A stretch of 36,807 bases of DNA from an uncultured bacterium. Lineage in GTDB: Bacteria > Patescibacteriota > Minisyncoccia > Phycocordibacterales > GWA1-40-21. A model generated the notes under the pieces. The model had not been told where the DNA came from. It was given only the letters and a program-made list of their open reading frames with translations, and did not search any database. The position numbers and the translations under genes are program-made. This document shows, in pieces, positions 8,259 to 20,335 of this stretch. The stretch spans positions 1 to 36,807 of the forward strand of contig CAILDB010000009.1 of the NCBI GenBank assembly GCA_903832855.1, read 5' to 3'. Position 1 is the stretch's first letter, and each line of letters starts with the position of its first letter.

Positions 8259-8831
8259 ATGAATCTTATTTTACCAATCATTTTGTTTATAATCTCAATC
8301 GGAATATTTTTTGGATTTGTTGATCCAAATTACAAAGGTAGTTCAAATTATGTCGAGAGCAATTATTCTACATATGGTGTGACACAGCTTCGAGATGAAT
8401 ATGCAAAATATGAAGAAACACTCAGTAGTTCCCAAAAGGTTTTAAAAAGTAGAGATGCACTTGTCGCAAAAAGAAACAGCATTACTGAAGCCGATATGGA
8501 AAGGTTGACCAAGCTTCTGCCGGACAATATAGATAACCTCAAGTTGATTCTTGAAATAAGTAATATCGCACAGCAAAGGAATTTGAGTATCAGAAATCTT
8601 TCTGTAGGATCGACTGTGACCAATTCTTCTGTTATTGGTCCAGATAGCACCCCTTATGGCACTGTCTCTTTGAAGTTTTCGGTCAATTCCACTTATGACA
8701 ATTTCCTTGTTTTTATGCGAGACCTTGAAGACAACCTTCGCCTGATAGATATCCAAAATGTTTCCTTCACGGCTACAGACAACGGTTTTTATGATTTTAA
8801 TTTTACAATAAATACATATTGGTTAAAATAA
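8259..8831 (+). CDS. PilO-like bitopic pilus assembly membrane protein (putative)
   Basis: N-terminal TM (ILPIILFIISIGIFFGF), a coiled-coil-like segment, then a beta-rich C-terminus. Position is between the pilN-like gene and pilB. Confidence 0.5.
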   Translation: MNLILPIILFIISIGIFFGFVDPNYKGSSNYVESNYSTYGVTQLRDEYAKYEETLSSSQKVLKSRDALVAKRNSITEADMERLTKLLPDNIDNLKLILEISNIAQQRNLSIRNLSVGSTVTNSSVIGPDSTPYGTVSLKFSVNSTYDNFLVFMRDLEDNLRLIDIQNVSFTATDNGFYDFNFTINTYWLK

Positions 8832-8835
8832 ATTT

Positions 8836-9171
8836 ATGATGAATAAAAGAAACATAATATTAATAATAGTCGCAATCATAATTTTGGGTTTCGCCTTCAA
8901 TTATCTTTTTAATCAAAGTCCAAATACTTCTTCGTCTCTTTCTGTCATGGCTTCATCCGCTCAAAATGCAGATACAAAAAACATTCTTGTCCTTCTTTCC
9001 GAAATGAATTTGGTAAAACTTGATAATACTATTTTTAACGGACAGGTTTTTAAATATTTGAAAGATACGAGTTTTACTCTCATTCCACAGCCTGTCGGCA
9101 GATTAAATCCATTTGCACCCATTAGCGCGTCGGAAATAAATAGTATCGTGGCTTCATCAACAAATAGATAA
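8836..9171 (+). CDS. Small single-TM pilus-locus protein, function unknown
   Basis: 111 aa with an N-terminal TM (IILIIVAIIILGFAF), tightly packed between the pilO-like gene and pilB. Confidence 0.5.
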   Translation: MMNKRNIILIIVAIIILGFAFNYLFNQSPNTSSSLSVMASSAQNADTKNILVLLSEMNLVKLDNTIFNGQVFKYLKDTSFTLIPQPVGRLNPFAPISASEINSIVASSTNR

Positions 9172-9173
9172 AT

Positions 9174-10889
9174 ATGGCAATTCTGGACCTTCTAGTAGAA
9201 AAAGGAATAATTAAAAAGGACCAAGCTGGATTAGCACAAAAAAAATCAGAAAAGACAGGTGACTCAGTAGAAAAGGTCCTTGAAGAAATGGGTATCTCTC
9301 AAGATACGGTTTTGAGTGTAAAAGGGGAATATTATAATATTCCTACTTTTAATCTTGGAACTCAGAGCATTCCTTTTTCAGTTTTAAAATACATTTCTGA
9401 AGATGCAGCGACACATTATAGGATAGCGCCTCTTTCTCTCAAAGGCGGTTCTCTTGAAGTTGGAATTGTTGACCCAGACAATATTGAAGCGAGAGATGCA
9501 CTCAATTTTATTGCAGGGAAACTTGCTGTCCCATACAAGCTTTTTTTAATTTCCGAAATCGACTTTGATAAAATAATAGAAAGTTACAAAGGACTCTCTG
9601 GTGAAGTTACCAAAGCACTTTCTGAGCTTGAGACAGAGCTTTCATCCGATCTTGAAGATATTGAAATTATTGAAAGTAAAGATGATTCAAAAAAAGAGAC
9701 GAGAATAATAGAAGACGCACCAGTTACAAAAATTGTCGCTACAATTTTACGATATGCCACCGAAGGCAATGCATCCGATGTCCACATTGAACATATGCGA
9801 GACAAGATTCGCGTAAGATTTCGAGTTGATGGCATTTTAAATACAAGTTTGGTTTTGCCAGTGGAAGTTCACCAAGCAGTTGTTGCGAGAATTAAAATTC
9901 TTTGCAATATGAAACTTGATGAAAAGAGAAAGCCACAAGACGGTAGATTTTCGGCAAAGATAGATGGCAGAAAAATTGATTTTAGGGTCTCTACTTTCCC
10001 AGCTTATTATGGTGAAAAAGTCGTGATGAGGATTTTGGATCAAGAAAAAGGGGTTCAAAATCTTGATAGTTTAGGTTTGTCGGAAAGATCATTATCTATG
10101 ATTCGTGATGCTATAGGAAGACCTTACGGAATGATTCTTATTTCTGGCCCGACGGGTTCTGGTAAGACGACCACCTTGTATGCAATGCTTAATGAAATAA
10201 ACAAGGATGAGAAAAATGTTTTGAGTTTGGAAGATCCTATTGAATACAATATTGAGGGGATGAGCCAGTCGCAGGTTTTTCCGGAAATCGGTTACACTTT
10301 TGCTTCAGGACTTCGCACTACTTTGCGTCAAGATCCGGATGTCATAATGGTGGGAGAGATTCGAGATAAAGAAACGGCTCAGCTCGCCGTGCAAGCTGCA
10401 CTTACGGGTCACCTTGTTTTGTCCACAATCCACACAAACAACGCTACCGGCGTAGTACCTCGACTTATTGATATGGGCGTAGATCCATATCTTATTCCAC
10501 CGACACTTATTTTGACAATGGCACAGCGACTTGTCAGGAAACTTTGTCCAGATACTGGCAAACCAATTCCTATAGAAGGTAGTATTAAAGCAATGATAGA
10601 CGCACAATTTAAAGATCTGCCAGCAGAATTTAAAGAAACTATTCCAAAAAGTGAAAATGTCTATGAAATGGAAATGTCCGGCTCCTGTCCTAGTGGCACG
10701 AGGGGTAGAGTTGCTGTCTTTGAAATGTTTAAAATGGATCCAGAAATAGAAAAATCAATTTTGACAAATCCTATCGAGTCGGAAGTCTTTAGAATTGCAA
10801 GAGGAAAAGGTATGATAACGATGAAAGAAGACGCTATCATAAAAGCAATGAACAAAGAAATTCCATTTAAAGAAGTTAGTGATTTGTGA
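9174..10889 (+). CDS. pilB: Type IV pilus assembly (extension) ATPase PilB/GspE family
   Basis: GspE N-terminal domain, Walker A GPTGSGKTT, Asp box, Walker B DVIMVGEIRD and His box LVLSTIHTNNA. Confidence 0.92.
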   Translation: MAILDLLVEKGIIKKDQAGLAQKKSEKTGDSVEKVLEEMGISQDTVLSVKGEYYNIPTFNLGTQSIPFSVLKYISEDAATHYRIAPLSLKGGSLEVGIVDPDNIEARDALNFIAGKLAVPYKLFLISEIDFDKIIESYKGLSGEVTKALSELETELSSDLEDIEIIESKDDSKKETRIIEDAPVTKIVATILRYATEGNASDVHIEHMRDKIRVRFRVDGILNTSLVLPVEVHQAVVARIKILCNMKLDEKRKPQDGRFSAKIDGRKIDFRVSTFPAYYGEKVVMRILDQEKGVQNLDSLGLSERSLSMIRDAIGRPYGMILISGPTGSGKTTTLYAMLNEINKDEKNVLSLEDPIEYNIEGMSQSQVFPEIGYTFASGLRTTLRQDPDVIMVGEIRDKETAQLAVQAALTGHLVLSTIHTNNATGVVPRLIDMGVDPYLIPPTLILTMAQRLVRKLCPDTGKPIPIEGSIKAMIDAQFKDLPAEFKETIPKSENVYEMEMSGSCPSGTRGRVAVFEMFKMDPEIEKSILTNPIESEVFRIARGKGMITMKEDAIIKAMNKEIPFKEVSDL

Positions 10890-10895
10890 TATAAT
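10887..10895 (+). promoter_or_regulatory. Extended -10 TGATATAAT overlapping the pilB stop, 8 nt before ATG (leaderless)
   Basis: TGATATAAT-N8-ATG(10904). The TGA of this box is the pilB stop codon. Confidence 0.55.
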
Positions 10896-10903
10896 TAAAA
10901 CAT

Positions 10904-11293
10904 ATGGAAGAAAAAAAGAAAATTTTGATAATAGATGATGATAAATTTCTGGTGCATATGTATGCGATGAAATTTGAGAAAAGCGGTTTTACTGTGGACT
11001 ATGCACTCGATGGGCTTGAAGCGGTAGAAAAACTGCGAAATAATTTTGATCCGGATATTATTTTGCTTGATCTTATTATGCCGGGGATGGATGGATTTGG
11101 TTTTTTGGATACGATTAAGAAAGAAAATTTGTTGAAAAAAAGTATTGTCATAATGCTTACCAATCAAGGGCTCGCTTCAGATATAACTCGGGCAGAAGAA
11201 TACGGAGTTCACGGATATATTGTAAAGGCAACGACCATACCTTCAGAAGTTGTAGAGGAAGTCGTAAATATTTATAAACAAAATAATAAATAA
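10904..11293 (+). CDS. Single-domain CheY-like response regulator receiver
   Basis: ILIIDDD acidic pocket, phospho-acceptor context ILLDLIMPGMDG, LTN and YIVKA (conserved Lys). No output domain and no kinase in the window. Confidence 0.88.
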   Translation: MEEKKKILIIDDDKFLVHMYAMKFEKSGFTVDYALDGLEAVEKLRNNFDPDIILLDLIMPGMDGFGFLDTIKKENLLKKSIVIMLTNQGLASDITRAEEYGVHGYIVKATTIPSEVVEEVVNIYKQNNK

Positions 11294-11346
11294 ATACTTG
11301 TCCCGTTAGAAATTCTTATTAAATAAAATAAAAGATAAAAAATATT

Positions 11347-12462
11347 ATGGAAATTAATGAAAAAATAAAACAAGATAATATTAGTAAAATTTCTAATGGG
11401 ATGGATTATAGAAAAGAATTAGACGATTTACTTACGACAGTTATAAAAGAAGGTGGTTCTGACTTGCACCTTTCGGAAGGAAGGCACCCGACTATCAGAG
11501 TCAACGGTTTTCTCATTCCTCTTGTAAATAAACTTGTTTTAACAAAAGAAGATACAAAAGGTATGATTTCTGTTTTATTACGCAAGGAAGATGCAGAAAC
11601 ATTTTTGAGCAAAAAAGAAATTGATTTTTCATACAACTATGTTTCGGGAGAAAGATTTAGAGGAAATGCATATTTTCAACAAGGTGCTATCAGTATGGCA
11701 CTGCGACTTATCCCAAAGAAAATCCGTTCTTTTGACGAATTGAATCTCCCACAGGTCCTCACCACTTTCGCCGAAAAGCCCCAAGGATTTTTCCTCGTCG
11801 TCGGTCCTGTCGGACATGGTAAGACCACTACTCTCGCTGCCATGATTGATTACATAAATATCTCAAGACCAGAACATATTATTACGGTTGAAGATCCTAT
11901 TGAATATGTTTATGAACAAAAGAAAGCCATTATTGATCAGAGAGAAGTCAGAGTTGATACCGAGGATTTTGCCACAGCCCTCCGCAATGTTTTCAGACAA
12001 GATGTGGATGTTTTGCTTATTGGTGAGATGAGAGGCACGGAAACTATCGCCACGGCCGTCACCGCCGCTGAAACAGGTCACCTCGTCTTTTCTACTTTGC
12101 ACACAAATAGTGCAGCGCAAACTATTTCAAGAATTATTGACTCATTTCCCGCAGAACAGCAAAGTCAGATCAGAGTTCAGCTTGCAGGAAGTTTGACCGG
12201 AATTTTCTCACAGCGACTTATTCCGAGGATTTCTGGTGGACTTGTGCCTGCATACGAACTTTTGATAAACAATAATGCTGTTTCAAACTTAATCAGAGAA
12301 AATAGAATTCACGAAATTGATTCTGTCATAGAGACGAGCTCGCAAGAAGGAATGGTGGATATGAATAGGTCTCTCGCCGACCTTGTAAACAGAGGAGAAA
12401 TTACAGTTGAGAATGCTTATATGTATTCTCTTGACGCACAAGTTTTGGAAAAATTATTATAA
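11347..12462 (+). CDS. pilT: Type IV pilus retraction ATPase PilT family
   Basis: Walker A GPVGHGKTT, IITVEDPIEY, RQDVDVLLIGEMR and LVFSTLHTNSA. The 371-aa length is typical of PilT. Confidence 0.88.
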   Translation: MEINEKIKQDNISKISNGMDYRKELDDLLTTVIKEGGSDLHLSEGRHPTIRVNGFLIPLVNKLVLTKEDTKGMISVLLRKEDAETFLSKKEIDFSYNYVSGERFRGNAYFQQGAISMALRLIPKKIRSFDELNLPQVLTTFAEKPQGFFLVVGPVGHGKTTTLAAMIDYINISRPEHIITVEDPIEYVYEQKKAIIDQREVRVDTEDFATALRNVFRQDVDVLLIGEMRGTETIATAVTAAETGHLVFSTLHTNSAAQTISRIIDSFPAEQQSQIRVQLAGSLTGIFSQRLIPRISGGLVPAYELLINNNAVSNLIRENRIHEIDSVIETSSQEGMVDMNRSLADLVNRGEITVENAYMYSLDAQVLEKLL

Positions 12463-12465
12463 AAT

Positions 12466-13671
12466 ATGGTTTTTAAATATAAATCAATAGATGCATCGGG
12501 AATATCAAAAGACGGCACTATAGATGCTATCAATATGGAAATTGCTATTTCCGCTTTGCAAAAAAGGGGACTTATCGTGGCTTCCATTTCACCAGAGGAT
12601 TCTGGATTTTCTCTTTTCAATAACATTTCTTTTTTTGACAGGGTTTCAAACAAAGATGTCGTTATTTTGTCCCGTCAGATGGCGACACTTTTTGAAGCAC
12701 AGGTCTCAGCACTTCGCGTTTTTCAGCTTCTTGCTTCTCAATCAGATAATCCAGCTTTGAGAAAAATTCTTGGACAGGTAGTAGATGACCTTCAGGCGGG
12801 AAGTCCTATTGCAGATGCCCTAGCCAAACATCCGAAAGTCTTCACTCCATTTTATGTAAATATGGTCAAGTCCGGTGAAGAGTCAGGAAAGCTCAATGAG
12901 TCGTTTGCATATCTTGCAGATTATTTGGACAGAACTTACGAAATTACTTCCAAAGTGAAAGGTGCTTTGGTTTATCCTGCTTTTGTTATTTGTACTTTTG
13001 TGGGAGTTATGGCCTTAATGTTTACTGTCGTTATTCCAAAAATCGGCGCAATCATAAAGGACTCCGGACAAGTAATGCCTATTTACACTCGTATTGTTAT
13101 CGGTATTAGTGATTTCCTTGTTTCTTACGGTATTTTCCTACTCCTTGCGCTTATTGTTTTAGGTTTTTTCTTTTGGAGATATTTGAGGACTCCTGCAGGG
13201 AAATATTCAATGGATGAAGCCAAGGTCACCACCCCGTATGTCAAGGACCTTTACAAAAAGCTTTATCTTTCCAGAATCGCAGACAATATGAATACGATGC
13301 TCCTCTCCGGAATTCCTGTTGTTCGTGGTTTGGATTTGACCGCGTCTGTAGTGGACAATGAAGTTTATAAAACAATTTTGCTAAAAGCCGTAGAAGAAGT
13401 AAAAGGTGGAAGCTCTGTGTCGGATGCTCTCGGAAAATATGAAGAAATTCCCGGAATGTTTGTGCAAATGATAAAAATAGGTGAAGAGACAGGACAGCTT
13501 GGAAATATTTTGAAAACCTTATCCAACTTTTACAGAAGGGAAGTTACTACGGCGATTGACTCCATCGTTTCTCTTATAGAGCCGGCAATGATAGTGCTTC
13601 TGGCACTTGGTGTGGGTTTCCTACTTGCGTCGGTCCTTATTCCTATTTATAATCTTTCAGCCAGTATTTAA
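12466..13671 (+). CDS. pilC: Type IV pilus platform protein PilC (GspF family)
   Basis: Two T2SS-F repeats and three TM segments. The 401-aa length and the position after pilT also fit. Confidence 0.9.
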   Translation: MVFKYKSIDASGISKDGTIDAINMEIAISALQKRGLIVASISPEDSGFSLFNNISFFDRVSNKDVVILSRQMATLFEAQVSALRVFQLLASQSDNPALRKILGQVVDDLQAGSPIADALAKHPKVFTPFYVNMVKSGEESGKLNESFAYLADYLDRTYEITSKVKGALVYPAFVICTFVGVMALMFTVVIPKIGAIIKDSGQVMPIYTRIVIGISDFLVSYGIFLLLALIVLGFFFWRYLRTPAGKYSMDEAKVTTPYVKDLYKKLYLSRIADNMNTMLLSGIPVVRGLDLTASVVDNEVYKTILLKAVEEVKGGSSVSDALGKYEEIPGMFVQMIKIGEETGQLGNILKTLSNFYRREVTTAIDSIVSLIEPAMIVLLALGVGFLLASVLIPIYNLSASI

Positions 13672-13689
13672 TCTCTTTCTGTCTCCTTT

Positions 13690-13719
13690 CTGTCATCCCG
13701 TTGAAGAACGGGATCCATC
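13690..13719. repeat. Palindromic repeat unit (copy B)
   Basis: CTGTCATCCCGTTGAAGAACGGGATCCATC; hairpin ATCCCGT-TGAAGA-ACGGGAT at 13695-13714. Same family as 1785-1823 and 13869-13898. Confidence 0.8.
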
Positions 13720-13730
13720 TTTGAATTAGA

Positions 13731-13838
13731 CGAATTTTTTAGAAAACATCCCCTTCGCAAAATGCCTAAAAGTGTCTTAAGCCCGGACAAAGACACTTTT
13801 TAGACACTTTGCTTCGTGTCTGTTTTCTAAAAAATTCG
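13731..13838. repeat. 108-bp element bounded by perfect 18-bp inverted repeats with nested hairpins (MITE-like or structured RNA)
   Basis: CGAATTTTTTAGAAAACA (13731-13748) is the exact reverse complement of 13821-13838. Inner 11-bp hairpin AAAAGTGTCTT/AAGACACTTTT (13768-78/13790-13800) and 6-bp hairpin AGACAC/GTGTCT (13802-07/13816-21). Confidence 0.7.
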
Positions 13839-13844
13839 GCTTTC

Positions 13845-13918
13845 TTCCCCTCTGTCATCCCTTCTTTTCTGTCATTCCAGTGAAGACGGGAATCCATCTT
13901 TTTTCCCCTCTGTTATTC
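13845..13918. repeat. Palindromic repeat cluster (copy C with flanking partial copies)
   Basis: Partial copy TTCCCCTCTGTCATCCC (13845-61), full unit CTGTCATTCCAGTGAAGACGGGAATCCATC (13869-98), and partial copy TTCCCCTCTGTTATTC (13903-18). Confidence 0.8.
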
Positions 13919-13953
13919 TTATCCACAGGTCCTATCACTTGCATTTATTTTTA

Positions 13954-13962
13954 TGATATAAT
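13954..13962 (+). promoter_or_regulatory. Extended -10 TGATATAAT; candidate promoter of the major pilin gene, giving a ~125-nt 5' UTR
   Basis: The 11-mer TATGATATAAT is the same as at the pilM promoter. The downstream UTR contains hairpin ATTTCCTGTCGACGGGAAAT (13979-13998). Confidence 0.5.
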
Positions 13963-14096
13963 GTATGCATAAGCTTGAATTTCCTGTCGACGGGAAATAT
14001 CGGTCGTGGTTTTTGTAAAAGGCCCTGAGCAAGTTTTTTATAAAAAACATACAAGCAATTATTAACGATATTTAATTTAAACGTTTAAATTTAATT

Positions 14097-14504
14097 ATGA
14101 ATAGAAAAGGTTTTACATTGATTGAACTTTTGGTGGTTATCGCCATCATCGGTATTCTTTCATCAGTCGTTCTAGCTTCTCTAAATACAGCTAGATCAAA
14201 AGGTTCGGATGCAGCTGTTAAAGCGCAGATTGGACAACTTTCTGCACAAGCAGCTATATTCTATGATACAGATCACGGTGGTGTAACTAATACATACAGT
14301 GGTTTGTGTACAGATTCTCAGTTCCTTAAACTTTTGAACGCTGCTACAACTACAGCTGGAGCTAATGGATGGTGCAAGGCCGTAGATGCAAACAATTGGG
14401 CGGCTATGTCCCCACTTAAAAGTAGTAATACATCTTATTGGTGTATAGACGGTACTGGTTATGTAGGAGCTGGTCCTGCGACGTCTTCATCTACTTGTAT
14501 ATAA
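14097..14504 (+). CDS. Type IV pilin (candidate major pilin), prepilin-type N-terminal methylation motif
   Basis: MNRKG/FTLIELLVVIAIIGIL class III signal with Glu5. 135 aa with C-terminal Cys residues. Followed by a very strong terminator. Confidence 0.9.
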   Translation: MNRKGFTLIELLVVIAIIGILSSVVLASLNTARSKGSDAAVKAQIGQLSAQAAIFYDTDHGGVTNTYSGLCTDSQFLKLLNAATTTAGANGWCKAVDANNWAAMSPLKSSNTSYWCIDGTGYVGAGPATSSSTCI

Positions 14505-14525
14505 GAAAATTCCTTGATAAAAGGT

Positions 14526-14566
14526 CAAAAACAAAACAGGAGAAATCCTGTTTTGTTTTTGTTTGG
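14526..14566 (+). terminator. Rho-independent terminator after the major pilin
   Basis: 15-bp perfect stem CAAAAACAAAACAGG / CCTGTTTTGTTTTTG with an AGAAAT loop and a T-rich tail. Confidence 0.85.
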
Positions 14567-14574
14567 TTATGCGT

Positions 14575-14580
14575 TATAAT
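14575..14580 (+). promoter_or_regulatory. -10 box TATAAT, 6 nt before ATG (leaderless)
   Basis: TATAAT-N6-ATG(14587). Confidence 0.45.
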
Positions 14581-14586
14581 TGTTAT

Positions 14587-15117
14587 ATGAAAAGTAATAA
14601 AAATCTAAAAGGTTTCACTCTTATTGAACTTCTTGTCGTCATTGCAATAATGGCCGTTCTTACTGGGTTAATTTATGTTTCTATTTCGCAGACAAGAGGC
14701 AAAAGTCGCGATCAGCAAAGAATTGCTACTATTCATTTGATTCAGCTTGGTTTGGAAGCATACTATAATATACACGGATCTTACCCGCAGGCATTATGGT
14801 CTGATCAAGGTTCTGGAACTTCAAGTTTACAATCTCTACCAAATACTTCTCCTGGAAAAATTTATGCAGAAAATCTCGTGCCTCCAAGTAGTGACTATTC
14901 TCACGGATATTTTTATGTTCCTTTAACACCAAGAGGAACTAATACTGGAATATGCAACGGTTATCATTTATATACGATATTAGAATCAAAAACATCTGTA
15001 CTTGAATCAAGAGCGGGATATGATTCTTCAAATGTCCGAGTCTGTAATGGTGGTGATGCGAGTTTAAGAAGAACCGCATCTTCCAGTCCTTTAATCTACG
15101 ACGTTAAGTCCCAATAA
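14587..15117 (+). CDS. Second prepilin-type protein (pilin / pseudopilin GspG-like)
   Basis: MKSNKNLKG/FTLIELLVVIAIMAVL. Start at ATG 14587 is preferred over the TTG at 14563. Confidence 0.85.
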   Translation: MKSNKNLKGFTLIELLVVIAIMAVLTGLIYVSISQTRGKSRDQQRIATIHLIQLGLEAYYNIHGSYPQALWSDQGSGTSSLQSLPNTSPGKIYAENLVPPSSDYSHGYFYVPLTPRGTNTGICNGYHLYTILESKTSVLESRAGYDSSNVRVCNGGDASLRRTASSSPLIYDVKSQ

Positions 15118-15120
15118 TTG

Positions 15121-15915
15121 ATGTCTTTATTTGCTATATTTTTTTTCATATTTGGCGCAATTATCGGTAGTTTTTTGAATGTCGTGATTTTGCGATATGG
15201 CACAGGTTTTTCTTTTGTTTCGGGACACTCAAAATGTTTTTCTTGCTCGCATAAGCTCGCTTGGTATGATCTCGTGCCTATTTTTAGTTTTATTTTTCTG
15301 CGTGGCAAATGCAGATATTGTGGAAGTAAGATTTCCTACCAGTATCCTTTGGTTGAAATCATTTCTGGATTAGTTTTTCTTTCATTGTATTTCTGGGTGT
15401 TTTTATTTAACCCGATAGCTTTTGTTTTTGATGCAATTGTTTTTTGTTTGCTCCTAGCTATAGCTGTCTATGATTTTAGGCACAAGATAATTCCGGATGG
15501 GCTTGTTTACACTTTTATTGGCGTGTCTCTCGTGAAAGTTTTATATTTTACGGGTTTTAGTCATATTTTGTCTTATCCTTTTTATTTAGATCTCTTGACA
15601 GGCCCCATTCTTTTTTTGTTTTTTTATATTCTATGGGCCGTGTCAAGAGGGAGGTGGATTGGTTTTGGAGATGCCAAGCTCGCCCTTGGTGTGGGGTGGT
15701 TTATGGGGTTTTATGCCAGTATTTCGGCAATTATTTTATCTTTTTGGTTGGGAGCAATTATTTCTCTCATTCTTGTCGCCCTCGGTAAGTTGAATTTTTT
15801 GCCAAAAAAGCTTACAATTAAGAGCGAAGTGCCATTTGCACCATTCATAATCCTTTCCGTCCTTGTGGAATATTTTGTGCATTTTGATTTCTTTTCGCTA
15901 AAAAGTTTATTCTAA
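15121..15915 (+). CDS. pilD: Prepilin peptidase (A24 family, PilD)
   Basis: CxxC...CRYCGSKISYQYPLVEI zinc motif, catalytic Asp contexts AVYDFRHKIIPD and GFGDAKL, and multiple TM segments. Confidence 0.9.
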   Translation: MSLFAIFFFIFGAIIGSFLNVVILRYGTGFSFVSGHSKCFSCSHKLAWYDLVPIFSFIFLRGKCRYCGSKISYQYPLVEIISGLVFLSLYFWVFLFNPIAFVFDAIVFCLLLAIAVYDFRHKIIPDGLVYTFIGVSLVKVLYFTGFSHILSYPFYLDLLTGPILFLFFYILWAVSRGRWIGFGDAKLALGVGWFMGFYASISAIILSFWLGAIISLILVALGKLNFLPKKLTIKSEVPFAPFIILSVLVEYFVHFDFFSLKSLF

Positions 15916-15924
15916 TCACTCCAA

Positions 15925-16578
15925 ATGTTTTTTAAAAAAATTCAAAAAAAAAGAAATAAAAAATCTGGCTTTACTCTAATAGAACTTATGGCAGTTCTTG
16001 TTATTTTTGTGGCTCTTACTGGAGTCGTAATGAATAGTCAAAAAAGTTTTGACGGCACAATACTTCTCAATAATCTCGCATATGACATCGCCCTTTCTGT
16101 GAGACAAGCTCAGACCTATGGTGTAAATGTAAGAGAATTTTCTACGACCACAACCTCTTCTGCTTTTTCCGGTTATGGAATTCGTTTTGACCCAAACAAT
16201 GATAATAAACATTACATTCTATTTGCAGATGTGTATAATAATAATTATTTTAATATATCAAATAGTGATCCAGCTTGTCCTAAAAATGATTTACAATGTG
16301 TAGAAAGATACGCTTTAACGAGAGGAAGTTTTATAAGTAGTGTGTGTGTTGGTTTAAGTGTGAGTGACTGTTATCCTCCGACTGGAGCAGATACAGACAA
16401 ATCTGTGAGCATCGTTTTTAGACGACCAAATCCGAATGCTACAATTATGGTAGGTTCCAGTGGAGCAACATGTACAAATAATAAGCCGTGTCAATTCGCC
16501 AAAATAGTCATAAGTTCCTCTGGCGGACAAACAAAAAGCATTATTGTAACAGCATTAGGACAAATTTATGTTGAATAA
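15925..16578 (+). CDS. Minor pilin (prepilin-type N-terminal cleavage/methylation domain; GspH/FimT-like)
   Basis: KKSG/FTLIELMAVLVIFVALTG leader. Confidence 0.8.
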   Translation: MFFKKIQKKRNKKSGFTLIELMAVLVIFVALTGVVMNSQKSFDGTILLNNLAYDIALSVRQAQTYGVNVREFSTTTTSSAFSGYGIRFDPNNDNKHYILFADVYNNNYFNISNSDPACPKNDLQCVERYALTRGSFISSVCVGLSVSDCYPPTGADTDKSVSIVFRRPNPNATIMVGSSGATCTNNKPCQFAKIVISSSGGQTKSIIVTALGQIYVE

Positions 16579-17155
16579 CAAATCACAAAAAGGATTCACT
16601 CTCGTCGAAATGCTTGTAGCAGTGGCAATTTTTATGGTTGTTGTGACGGTAGCAATGACCGCATTAATGTCTGTAATAAATGCAAATAGAAAAGCCCGAG
16701 CAATTCAAAGCGTTGTGAGTAATGTAAACTTCGTAATTGAAAGTATTTCAAGAGATATTAGAATGGGAGGGGATTATTATTGTGGATTTAGTCAAAGCTA
16801 TGATGTAAATTGTGCTATTTCAGGAAATAATGTTGTAAATTATATGCCTGCAGGTAATAGCATAGGTGCAGGATCAAGGGTTTATTATAAGTTTACACCT
16901 CCAAATCTGGATACAGGAAGCAAGGGCTATTTAAGCAAATGTAATACCACTTGTGGTAGTAGTAATTCGGCAAATTATTCTCAGATAACTTCCCCCGATG
17001 TTAATGTTTTGAGTATGGAATTTTATGTGGTCAGAGGTTCAGGAGTTCAACCCAAAGTTGTGATAATTATGGAAGGAGAAGCCGGTGGTCTAAATGATAC
17101 TAGGTCAAAGTTTAGTTTGCAGACAACCGCCTCGCAAAGGCAAAAAGGAATATGA
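16568..17155 (+). CDS. Minor pilin (prepilin-type; PilW/PulJ-like)
   Basis: SQKG/FTLVEMLVAVAIFMVV leader; overlaps the upstream gene by 11 nt. Confidence 0.8.
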   Translation: MLNNKSQKGFTLVEMLVAVAIFMVVVTVAMTALMSVINANRKARAIQSVVSNVNFVIESISRDIRMGGDYYCGFSQSYDVNCAISGNNVVNYMPAGNSIGAGSRVYYKFTPPNLDTGSKGYLSKCNTTCGSSNSANYSQITSPDVNVLSMEFYVVRGSGVQPKVVIIMEGEAGGLNDTRSKFSLQTTASQRQKGI

Positions 17156-17735
17156 TTATGAAAAACGATAAATTACAAAAAGGTTTTACATTAGTTGAGG
17201 CGCTTGTTGCCATCTCTATTTTAATGGTTGCCGTGGCAGCGCCCTTAACTATTGCTCAAAAAGGTTTGCTCTCTTCAATCTATGCTAAAAATCAGATGAT
17301 TGCTGCCTTCCTCGCCCAAGACGCAATAGAATATGTGAAAAATGTAAGAGATACGACTGGTGTGGTAGCAGAAGCAAGCGGTATTGCGAATACTGACCCA
17401 AAGGCATGGCTTGTGGGGCTTGAGTCGTGTGTTCTTCCCGATAGTCCTAATGGGTGTAATGTTGATTCGCTTACTAATTATAAATCTGACGGTGCTTCTA
17501 GTAGAATGATGATAAAAAGAGATCCGAATAATAATAACCAATTTTTAGGATATGGAATTTCTGGGGGTTCATGTCTCGGTGCTGTTTGTTCGGACACTGC
17601 TTTTACAAGACAAATTAAAATCACACAAACGAGCAATCCAAATGAGGCTTATGTTGATGTGATTGTAAAATGGGGGAATGGTACAGATCAAATATTTGAA
17701 ATTGGCTCATATATTTATAATTATTGGGGTAACTT

Positions 17736-17739
<4 letters not shown>
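17152..17739 (+). CDS. Minor pilin (prepilin-type; PilV/GspI-like)
   Basis: LQKG/FTLVEALVAISILMVAV leader; 4-nt ATGA overlap with the upstream gene. Confidence 0.8.
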
Positions 17740-20331
<2,592 letters not shown>

Positions 20332-20335
20332 CTTT

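Noticed and set aside
13676-13920. CRISPR-like array, considered because of the repeated CTGTCAT...ATCCATC units.
   Set aside because: There are only two full units plus fragments. Spacing is irregular, the units are imperfect, another copy lies inside a CDS 12 kb away, and no cas genes are present. It behaves as a dispersed palindromic repeat.
14033-14091. AT-only palindromes GTTTTTTATAAAAAAC (14033-48) and AATTTAAACGTTTAAATT (14074-91) just upstream of the pilin ATG, as possible operators.
   Set aside because: Such AT palindromes are expected by chance in sequence this AT-rich, and no second copy was noticed. They were not reported as features.
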